NCBI GenBank assembly: GCA_002269645.1 | Contig: NIVC01000323.1 | Coordinates: 124,001 to 188,000 of the forward strand | Origin: Macrostomum lignano | Taxonomy: Eukaryota | DNA: 64,000 bases | Direction of reading: 5' to 3' | Part shown: piece after piece, positions 1 through 10,092 of the stretch | Layout of the letters: each line of letters starts with the position of its first letter | How positions within the stretch are numbered: the stretch's first letter is position 1 | Position numbers and translations under genes: made by a program | The notes under the pieces: generated by a model | The model's input: only the letters and a program-made list of their open reading frames with translations | What the model was told of the DNA's origin: nothing | Databases searched by the model: none

Positions 1-109
1 GTTGCAAAGGCCAGGGGTGGTCGGCCTCGCCAGAGGCTGCAAAAGGGGGACAGCTGAGAGATGAGGCGGCAAAATCTTTCTGGCAACCGGCTGTACAAAC
101 CTTTGAAAC

Positions 110-875
110 ACCTGCCGCTCTGACAGCAGCCGTGACTGACATCTGCCACTCTGACAGCAGTCGTGACTGACATCTGCCACTCTGACAGCAGCCGTGACTG
201 ACATCTGCCACTCTGACAGCAGCCGTGACTCACATCTGCCACTCTGACAGCAGCCGTGACTCACATCTGCCACTCTGACAGCAGCCGTGACTCACATCTG
301 CCACTCTGACAGTAGCCGTGACTGACATCTGCCACTCTGACAGCAGCCGTGACTGACACCTGCCACTCCTACAGCAGCCGTGACTGACATCTGCCACTCC
401 TACAGCAGCCGTGACTGACATCTGCCACTCTGACAGCAGCCGTGACTGACATCTGTCACTCTGACAGCAGCCGTGACTGACATCTGCCACTCCTACAGCA
501 GCCGTGACTGACATCTGCCACTCTGACAGCAGCCGTGACTGACATCTGCCACTCCTACTGCAGCCGTGACTGACATCTGCCACTCTGATAGCAGCCGTGA
601 CTGACATCTGCCACTCTGACAGCAGCCGTGACTGACATCTGCCACTCTGACAGCAGCCGTGACTGACATCTGCCACTCCTACAGCAGCCGTGACTGACAT
701 CTGCCACTCCTACAGCAGCCGTGACTGACATCTGTCACTCTGACAGCAGCCGTGACTCACATCTGCCACTCTGACAGCAGCCGTGACTGACATCTGCCAC
801 TCTGATAGCAGCCGTGACTGACATCTGCCACTCCTACAGCAGCCGTGACTGACATCTGCCACTCTGAAAGCAGCC
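110..875. repeat. 31-bp minisatellite (CTGACAGCAGCCGTGACTGACATCTGCCACT), about 24 copies
   Basis: Period of 31 read directly (units at 121 and 152). It explains the repetitive ORF 230..700. Confidence 0.95.
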
Positions 876-1062
876 AAGAACCACAGGTAGGATTGATAAA
901 GTATTTACAAAATTCGTTTTAATAATTCATAACTTCCCTATTTTAGCACTCCACCGCAATACACCTGGATGCACCACAATACACCTGCATGCACCACAAT
1001 ACACCTTCCCCTTTTTCTCCTTCCTTTTGTTCCTTTTTCTTCTTTCCTTTCAGAAACGAGGA

Positions 1063-4000
1063 ATGGGCCAAAGCCTGAGCCGCTATCAGGCCGTCACCAG
1101 CGGTAACATCACGGCAGTAAGAGCGCATCTGCGGCTTCAACTCGGACAAACACGGAAGACCCACTTTTGCATAGAAAATGCTCAACTGGCTGCGGAGCAT
1201 GGTCAGTTGGAAGTCGTCAAGTTTCTCGTGCCGACAGTCGCTGACCAAACAAAAAAAGATGATTGCTGCATCATAGCTACCAAATGTGCTGCAATCGATG
1301 GTCGGTTTGAAATCGTCAAGTTTCTCGTGCCGACAGTCGCTGACAAAACAAAAAAAGATGATTGCTGCATCAAAGCTGCCGTATATGCTGCATTCAGTGG
1401 CCACTTTGAAATCGTCAAGTTTCTCGTGCCGACAGTCGCTGACCAAACAAAAAAAGATGATTGCTGCATAAAAGCTGCCAAATTTGCTGCATTCAATGGC
1501 CACTTTGAAATCGTCAAGTTTCTCGTGCCGACAGTCGCTGACAAAACAAAAAAAGATGATTGCTGCATCAAAGCTGCCGAATATGCTGCAATCAATGGAA
1601 TTTTTGAAATCGTCAAGTTTCTTGTGCCGACAGTCGCTGACCAAACAAAAAAAGATGATTGCTGCATCATAGCTACCAAATGTGCTGCAATCGATGGTCA
1701 GATTGAAATCGTCAAGTTTCTCGTGCCGACAGTCGCTGACCAAACAAAAAGAGATGATTGCTGCATCAAAGCTGCCAAATTTGCTGCAGGCAAGGGTCAC
1801 CTTGAAATCGTCAAGTTTCTCGTGCCGACAGTCGCTGACCAAACAAAAAGAGATGATTGCTGCATCAAAGCTGCCGAATCTGCTGCAATCAATGGTCACT
1901 TTGAAATCGTCAAGTTTCTCGTGCCGACAGTCGCTGAACAAACAAAAAGAGATGATTGCTGCATCAAAGCTGCCGAATCTGCTGCAATCAATGGTCACTT
2001 TGAAATCGTCAAGTTTCTCGTGCCGACAGTCGCTGACCAAACAAAAAGAGATGATTGCCGCATCAAAGCTGCCAAATCTGCTGCAATCAATGGTCAGTTT
2101 GAAATCGTCAAGTTTCTCGTGCCGACAGTCGCTGACCAAACAAAAAGAGATGATTGCTGCATCAAAGCTGCTGAATCTGCTGCAATCAATGGTCACTTTG
2201 AAATCGTCAAGTTTCTCGTGCCGACAGTCGCTGACCAAACAAAAAGAGATGATTGCCGCATCAAAGCTGCCAAATCTGCTGCAGACGAGGGTCACCTTGA
2301 AATCGTCAAGTTTCTCGTGCCGACAGTCGCTGACCAAACAAAAAGAGATGATTGCCGCATCAAAGCTGCCAAATCTGCTGCAGGCGAGGGTCACTTTGAA
2401 TTCGTCAAGTTTCTCGTGTCGACAGTCGCTGACCAAACAAAAAGAGATGATTGCTGCATCAAAGCTGCCGAATCTGCTGTACGCGCGGGTCACATTGAAA
2501 TCGTCAAATTTCTCGTGCCGACAGTCGCTGACAAAACAAAAAAAGATGATTGCTGCATCAAAGCTGCCGAATATGCTGCAATCAATGGTCAGTTTGAAAT
2601 CGTCAAGTTTCTCGTGCCGACAGTCGCTGACCAAACAAAAAGAGATGATTGCTGCATTAAAGCTGCCAAATGTGCTGCAGGCAAGGGTCACGTTGAAATC
2701 GTCAATTTTCTCGTGTCGACAATCGCTGACAAAACAAAAAGAGATGATTGCCGCATCAAAGCTGCCGAATCTGCTGCAGGCGAGGGTCACTTTGAATTCG
2801 TCAAGTTTCTCGTGCCGACAGTCGCTGACCAAACAAAAAGAGATGATTGCCGCATCAAAGCTGCCAAATCTGCTGCAATCAATGGCCACTTTGAAATCGT
2901 CAATTTTCTCGTGTCGACAGTCGCTGACCAAACAAAAAGAGATGATTGCCGCATCAAAGCTGCTGAATCTGCTGCAGGCGAGGGTCACTTTGAATTCGTC
3001 AAGTTTCTCGTGCTGACAGTCGCTGACCAAACAAAAAGAGATGATTGCCGCATCAAAGCTGCCAAATCTGCTTCAGGCAAGGGTCACTTTGAAATCGTCA
3101 AGTTTCTCGTGCCGACAGTCGCTGACCAAACAAAAAGAGATGATTGCTGCATCAAAGCTGCCGAATCTGCTGCAGGCGAGGGTTACAATGAAATCGTCAA
3201 GTTTCTCGTGCCGACAGTCGCTGACCAAACAAAAAGAGATGATTGCTGCATCAAAGCTGCTAAATCTGCTGCAGGCGAGGGTCACAATGAAATCGTCAAG
3301 TTTCTCGTGTCGACAGTCGCTGACCAAACAAAAAGAGATGATTGCTGCATCAAAGCTGCCGAATCTGCTGCAATCAATGGTCACTTTGAAATCGTCAAGT
3401 TTCTCGTGCCGACAGTTGCTGACCAAACAAAAAGAGATGATTGCTGCATCAAAGCTGCCGAATCTGCTGCAATCAATGGTCACTTTGAAATCGTCAAGTT
3501 TCTTGTGCCGACAGTCGCTGACCAAACAAAAAGAGATGATTGCTGCATCAAGGCTGCCGAAGCTGCTGCAAGCAATGGTCAGCGGGGTATCGTCGAGTTC
3601 CTCATCTCGTGTCCCTCAATTCCAGATCAGAGAGTGAATCTCCGTTTGGATTGCGCAGTCGCGGCTTGCTCTCGTCTTCACGAAGATGTCGTTGAGTTCC
3701 TCGGCCTCGAGCCCGAATGGCTCTTCAAATCCAACACCATTCTTAGCTTTACCGCAGCAATGGCCATCGAAGGCAGGAACTCTGTGCTCACCGACATCCT
3801 CTCTCGAATGCAGCCAGCTCGCATCACACAGCTGCTCCGTCTCTCCATCTCTCAAAGACACGTCGCTCTTGCTGTCACACTGATCAAGGATGAGCGAGTC
3901 AGCTCACAGCATGTCGATCTGCCAGACAGCACTGGAGCCACTGCTCTCATGCTGGCAGCTGATGCAGGTCATCACGAGCTCATTGAGAATCTCATCGATC

Positions 4001-7000
4001 TCGGTGCGTCAGTGCGTGCTGAAGACAGTCAGGGTCGGACTGCTATGTCACGAGCGTGCAAAGCCGGTCACGTGCGAGCAGCCAAGGTTCTGATGGACAG
4101 AGGAGCGGATGCGAGTCATCGAGACGGTCGGCGTCTGACGTGTGCGCAGGTGGCACAGCAATTTGAGCAGTGGCAGGTGCTGCGGCTGCTGGATCTCAGT
4201 GGAGCGCTGTGAGTGAGGCGAGAATTTCGTGAATCTTTTCAGTACTGCATCGTGTTTTAGTAAAGTATTTCATTATTTTAATGCAAGAAAACGCTCGGTA
4301 AAAAGCTGTCTTATAATGGAAAACATTTCAAGCGTTTTCGTGTTGATTGCAAAAATATCCTAAAAACAAAAAAATTTTTGTCCGCTTTCTCCGGTCATCT
4401 GCTTCTGCCTGTCAATCCCTTTGCTTGAACTGGGCGACGCTGGAAATACAATGGGAGTTTCTGACTCAATGAAGTGATTTGTGCCGCATGAGAATTTCAG
4501 ACTCAACTGCTGTGAGAACCCTGGCTTTCCTTCCCGCATTGCAGAAGCCCAGAGGCCCGGCAGACAGCCGCTCACCGCTTGGATTCAGGACTACATCGGT
4601 GAGTCTGACCGGTTTTGACCGGTTCTGACCAGTCAACTGCCGCATTGCGCCTTCCAACAGGCTGGCAGCTTGGGGCAGAAATTGCAGCAAAACTCAGCAG
4701 GGTTGAGACTGGGTTGGACTGAGTGCTGCAGCTGCACTCTCAGCTCTCCTGCTTGAGATGCCAGTCTGAGTGCTGCAGCAGCTGCACTCTCAGCTCTCCT
4801 GCTTGAGATGCCAGTCTGAGTGCTGCAGCAGCTGCACTCTCAGCTCTCCTGCTTGAGATGCCAGTCTGAGTGCTGCAGCAGCTGCACTCTCAGCTCTCCT
4901 GCTTGAGATGCCAGTCTGAGTGCTGCAGCAGCTGCACTCTCAGCTCTCCTGCTTGAGATGCCAGTCTGAGTGCTGCAGCAGCTGCACTCTCAGCTCTCCT
5001 GCTTGAGATGCCAGTCTGAGTGCTGCAGCAGCTGCACTCTCAGCTCTCCTGCTTGTTCTGTCCATCCAACTCTGATTAAATCTCCCACACATTCCATCAT
5101 TCCAGGCTCTTAGACGACTCCCAGAAAGACAGGCGCCTGAGCGAGGAGCTGCATCGACTGCTCAGCGATGCGGGATTCACCAAGCAGAGAGCAAAGTGTC
5201 AGCAGAGACTGGCTGACTGGCTGGAAGGAGTCGCTCGAGTCCTAAGACAGGATGGCAGGCAGATGACGGGCAGCTACGCAGAAGGCTGGGCCAACAGTCT
5301 GGTGCAAGTGAACGGCAGGACAGCTGCAGACTCGGACATTGACTGGACTGTGCTGGTTGGTGGGCAGCTGTTCCATCTGGAAGGTGGCTGCATGGGAATA
5401 TTTGATTCCTGCAGAGACGCCACTCGGCTGCAGGTCACGGAGGGCCACGCACAGGTGGCAGTGGGAGCAGGTGAGTGAGGCTGGGTTCATCATCAGAATG
5501 CTGAGATCCGCATGCAACTGGAAGCCTATTAATTTTGCTCAATTTTAAATTCGCAACCGAGTGGCGCCCAGCCTCCAGCAGCTTCTGTGACTGCGAATTT
5601 CGGCTTGGGTGCTGAAACAAGCGGCAGGTGAAATTGAAAAGAAAAATCTGATGCCGACTGCTGAGACAATTCAGGCAATTGGGTTTTGAATTCACAGGCT
5701 CCGATTGCAGCAGAGTGGGTGCCGCGGTGCTTGGGTGACCCACGGTAGGCGGCATGGCTCTGCTGAGGTGCTGCTGCTCTCACTTGGAAAATTTCAAACA
5801 AAATAAACCGAAGCCGCCCTGACTGCCTGATTGGTGCCTTGCTGCGGGGCACTGAGTCCTGATGATGCTTGAGCAGCTGTGCTGAGCTGCAACCTGATGA
5901 AGCCAGAGCAGCTGAAGCTGAAGCTGGGCGAACTCAGATGGTGCAGAGGCTCATGCCTCACAGGTGCATTTGTTTGGCTCTTCAGAGAGCGTCGAACTTC
6001 TGTGGCGTCTCACCGAGCAGCTTGGGCTGTAAACTGAGCCAGACGGAGGGCATTGCAACCCTCGCCACGCAGCGAGAGGCCCCCCCACTCCCACTGGAGT
6101 CTCTAACGCCTTTGCAGGCTGGGCAACGCCGCCCACAATGTACACATTTTTATTGATATTAAATAAGAATAGCTATTGTATTGATGTATTGATTAGTAGA
6201 TGAAAATGGAGTTGCAAAAGCAAAATTCCCAACCGGCCAGGAGAAACTCTGCAGTTTCAAACCAATCCATCTTTTTCACTCGCCACAAAGCGACTCTCCG
6301 CTCACTGCGCTCTGCAGGCAGCCAACCTGCAGTGACAGCCACGGCGTGCGGTGTGCGGCCTGCACTGGACACGTGCCATGCGATCGAGTGCTGCAGCAGT
6401 TTCTGTGAGGAAAGAAGTAGAAAACCGGTTCTATTCGATAACAGAGTTCACCTCGTGCGGGCGACCAGACCGAGCTCGACCAACGAGCTCAGAGTGAGCT
6501 TCAGCTTCCAAGAGAAAGACATCATGAGACGACTGAGCACAGTCCAGGGCCAGCTGTTCACACTCATCAAGTTCATCTTCAAGACACACTTGCCGCTCAC
6601 TCTGGACACACCTGGACTCAAGACCTACCATGCAAAGACTCTGCTCTTCACAATGCTGGCGAAGCATGGCACATATCCTAGAGCTGAGGCTTGGCAGTCC
6701 CACAATCTGATCGCTCTGCTCAAGGAGTCTCTCGACATGATGCTGAGCTTCATCGACTCGAGCAGCTCGCCCGATGAGTGCATGCCGCACTTCTTCATGC
6801 CCGACGCTCCGCTCTACTTCAAGAACGCTGGAATCGGCGGCGACTTCGACAATACAAAGGCGAGGGTTCGAGACCGACTTTGTGAGCTGAGAAGCGACAT
6901 CGGCGGAGTGGTCGAGCAGCTGAGGAGACTCGTGAGACCTCTGCAGTCAGAGAAGTTCTACTTTCACCCGTTCACTCTGCTGCCTCTGACAGCGCCGCCT

Positions 7001-7960
7001 GCTGTCACGGAGATCAGGGAAGGAAGTGATGGCAAAGAGTTTTACTACAAGTTCGCAGACGTGTACAGTGTGGTGCACCGGTGTGTGAGCGAGCTGCAGT
7101 CGGATTCGAGCGACAGAGACACCCTGATGAGGCAGCTCGGCCTCCCGCATGAGCTGCAGTGGTGCAAGTGCGCCGCCCTATGCATGACCGCCATGACGCA
7201 TTTGAAGTTCGGAGAATCTGAGGAGGCTGGGAGACTCGCGATGGAGCTGCAGAGACATCAGGTTGAGTCAGGGTTCAAGCCACAGGATATTCAAGGGACA
7301 GCCTTAAGCGAAACTGAATTGCCAGAAGACTCAGACTGGGCGTGGAGGTTCTGCCTCCCCTGCGACTCTCCGCCTCACTTCCCATTTCTTCCCGAGTTCA
7401 CGCAGACTCTGTTCACAGCCAGACTGTCGCAGCCTCTCTCCTCCCACCTGTACGTGAACTTCCGCTGCCTGAGCTGGAGTCTCCAAGCTGAGCTGCTCCG
7501 CAATCGCGCACCTGCAATCGCATTCGATCATTGGATTGAACAGCTGCTTGGAGACCCGGACTCGGAAGAGCTGCTTGGAGACCCGGACTCGGAAGAGATG
7601 CTTGGAGACCCGGACTTGGAGGAGCTGCTCACTCTGGCTCACTACAGCGACTACCGCGAGCACGTGGAGCTCAGCCTGCAGCAGATGGAGATTATCGAGA
7701 AAGAGAGACGCGTCGCCATGGAGACGCAGGACGAGGAGAAGATCGGCTGGGTCAGGCAGAAGCGGTGGCGAGTTTCGAACCGCAGCGGCAGCGACAGCGG
7801 CGCTCACCGCAGCAGGGAAGATGAGGAGCGGAGGCTGTGGGCGAGGGCGAGGCTGCGGCGAGACGGGGCCGACTTGGGTCGCCTGGTTGCCATGGAAACT
7901 GCAGCGGAGCAGAGAGACAGCTGGACTCACGCCAAGCTCAATCGGGTTAGGCTGCAGTGA
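1063..7960 (+). CDS. Ankyrin-repeat / Mab-21 (cGAS-like, cGLR) nucleotidyltransferase fusion, copy 1. Exons 1063-4208, 5106-5470, 6318-7960; about 1717 aa.
   Basis: ATG at 1063 follows a polypyrimidine tract and CAG. Donor GTGAGT at 4209 (phase 2) matches acceptor TCCAG|G at 5105 (phase 2). Donor GTGAGT at 5471 (phase 1) matches TGCAG|GC at 6317 (phase 1). The exon sum is 5154 nt, a multiple of 3. Motifs: GSYAEG, DSDIDW, DTCHAI, LRVSFSFQEK, LKTYHAKTLLF, MPHFFMP. Identical intron phases occur in the paralog. Confidence 0.82.
1186..3600 (+). repeat. Coding 99-bp (33-aa) ankyrin-like array, 24 full units plus 1 partial
   Basis: Unit AAINGHFEIVKFLVPTVADQTKRDDCCIKAAES. DNA period of 99 (1861 vs 1960). 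It matches the ankyrin core AAxxGHxEIVxxL and is followed by canonical repeats (TGATALMLAADAGH, QGRTAMSRACKAGH). Confidence 0.95.
4719..5056. repeat. 50-bp minisatellite, about 6.7 near-identical copies, in intron 1 of the ANK-cGLR gene
   Basis: CAGCTCTCCT recurs at 4741, 4791, 4841, 4891, 4941, 4991 and 5041. Confidence 0.95.
5742..6159. repeat. About 418-bp dispersed repeat, second copy at 15239-15657
   Basis: Near-identical sequence from ACGGTAGGCGGCATGG to TTTATTGATAT at both loci. The ORF track shows paired translations (5869 vs 15366). Confidence 0.9.
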
Positions 7961-8162
7961 CCCGAGGGCTTCGTTACTCAGATTTATTAATTTTTCTGGA
8001 CTCGAATTTCAGAACCCAAAATAATGTACTTTTACCGTTGGGTTTCCTTGACTTTCTTCTGTTAAATTCAGTTGAGTCCGTAGTTTTAGAATTTGTATTT
8101 CAATTATTTTTGCTAATTTTCTGTAAATTATTTTTAATACCGTAATATGAAATGGCTATGAT

Positions 8163-8640
8163 TATTGTCTGCACATGCTGTTGGATTGTCTGCAGATGCT
8201 GTTGGATTGTCTGCACATGCTGTTGGATTGTCTGCACATGCTGTTGGATTGTCTGCAGATGCTGTTGGATTGTCTGCAGATGCTGTTGGATTGTCTGCAC
8301 ATGCTGTTGGATTATCTGCAGATGCTGTTGGATTGTCTGCGCATGCTGTTGGATTGTCTGCACATGCTGTTGGATTGACTGCAGATGCTGTTGGATTGTC
8401 TGCACATGCTGTTGGATTGTCTGCAGATGCTGTTGGATTGTCTGCAGATGCTGTTGGATTGTCTGCAGATACTGTTGGATTGTCTGCAGATGCTGTTGGA
8501 TTGTCTGCGCATGCTGTTGAATTGACTGCAGATGCTGTTGGATTGTCTGCACATGCTGTTGGATTGTCTGCAGATGCTGTTGGATTGTCTGCACATGCTG
8601 TTGGATTGACTGCACATGCTGTTGGATTGTCTGCACATCC
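8163..8640. repeat. 21-bp minisatellite (CTGTTGGATTGTCTGCACATG), about 23 copies, degenerating to about 8830
   Basis: Direct reading; 7-aa periodic ORFs in several frames. Confidence 0.95.
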
Positions 8641-9465
8641 TCTTACATTATCTTTACATCCTGTTACATTGTACATCACGCCACATTATCTATACATATA
8701 CTGTTGAATTTTCTGTACACGCTGTTTTATTGTATGAAAATGCTTTTGAATTATCTCTGCAGGCTGTTGTACATCCTGTTACATTATATGTACATGCTGT
8801 TGGATTAACTGTACATGCTGTAGGTATGTTGTCTGAAGCATGTACTTGTAACTGTAGCGTTCGTGGACTTTTTGGATCAAGTTATGCCGAAGATTTTCCC
8901 TGTAGCTGACTTTGCTACTTTTTTAGGAAATGAGCACCTCGAGAGCCATCGAATGCGAGTAGCCCTCCTGCTATGAACTGCAGTTTTGCACATTTGTGCT
9001 GCAATTCAATTCACACTGCATGCTGAATTGCTTTTTCCGTTCAAACTGCGTGTCCGCTTTGATGCGGGCTTTTCTCTGCGATTTTGTTCTGCGGACTTCA
9101 ATACCCAATTGCCAATGCCGTTTAATGAAATATTCAAGCCAAATATACAGGTGACAGTAATCTGCATGGAAACCTGGTAATCTGGAAAATCCTAAGGTCG
9201 GTTGGGTCAGGGAGAAGCTGGACAGACTTGATGCAGCAGCTTGAGTTGAACTCAGAAACTGTAAGCCTCTGGCTTTGCCCGTGCAGTTTGAGAAATTTTA
9301 CTGCACATGTTTCTGATATTTAAAATGTACTTTAATGGCTTAAAATATTGTGTGTACATGCTCCTGGATTCTTTAAGCAGCTGCTCTCAGAATCACCTCA
9401 ATCAGTCTGCAAATTGATTTCATCATGTACTTTCATCATGTACTCATGTACCCTGCAGAGACTGG

Positions 9466-10092
9466 CAGCCTGACAGCTCCCTAATGAACATTCAGTGACT
9501 GACAGCCTGACAGCTCCCTCATGAACATTCAGTGACTGACAGCCTGACAGCTCCCTCATGAACATTCAGGGACTGACAGCCTGACAGCTCCCTAATGAAC
9601 ATTCAGTGACTGACAGCCTGACAGCTCCCTCATGAACATTCAGTGACTGACAGCCTGACAGCTCCCTCATGAACATTCACTGACTGACAGCCTGACAGCT
9701 CCCTCATGAACATTCAGTGACTGACAGCCTGACAGCTCCCTCATGAACATTCAGTGACTGACAGCCTGACAGCTCCCTCATGAACATTCAGTGACTGACA
9801 GCCTGACAGCTCCCTCATGAACATTCAGTGACTGACAGCCTGACAGCTCCCTCATGAACATTCAGTGACTGACAGCCTGACAGCTCCCTCATGAACTTTC
9901 AGTGACTGACAGCCTGACAGCTCCCTCATGAGCATTCAGTGACTGACAGCCTGACAGCTCCATCATGAACATTCAGTGACTGACAGCCTGACAGCTCCCT
10001 CATGAACATTCAGTGACTGACAGCCTGACAACTCCCTTATGAACTTTCAGTGACTTACAGCCTGACAGCTCTCTCATGAACATTCACTGACG
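9466..10092. repeat. 37-bp minisatellite (GACTGACAGCCTGACAGCTCCCTCATGAACATTCAGT), about 17 copies
   Basis: Period of 37 (9721 vs 9758). Confidence 0.95.

Noticed and set aside
943-3637. Long alternative-frame and antisense ORFs (695, 444, 198 aa and others) over the ankyrin array
   Set aside because: They are shadows of a 99-bp stop-poor repeat; only the 1027 frame gives a recognisable domain.
4719-5056. Palindromic direct repeats resembling a CRISPR array
   Set aside because: There are no unique spacers and no cas genes, and the context is a eukaryotic intron. The same applies to all other arrays in the window.
8100-8707. Heptad coiled-coil-like ORF (QTIQQHL)n
   Set aside because: It is a translation of a 21-bp minisatellite open in most frames.
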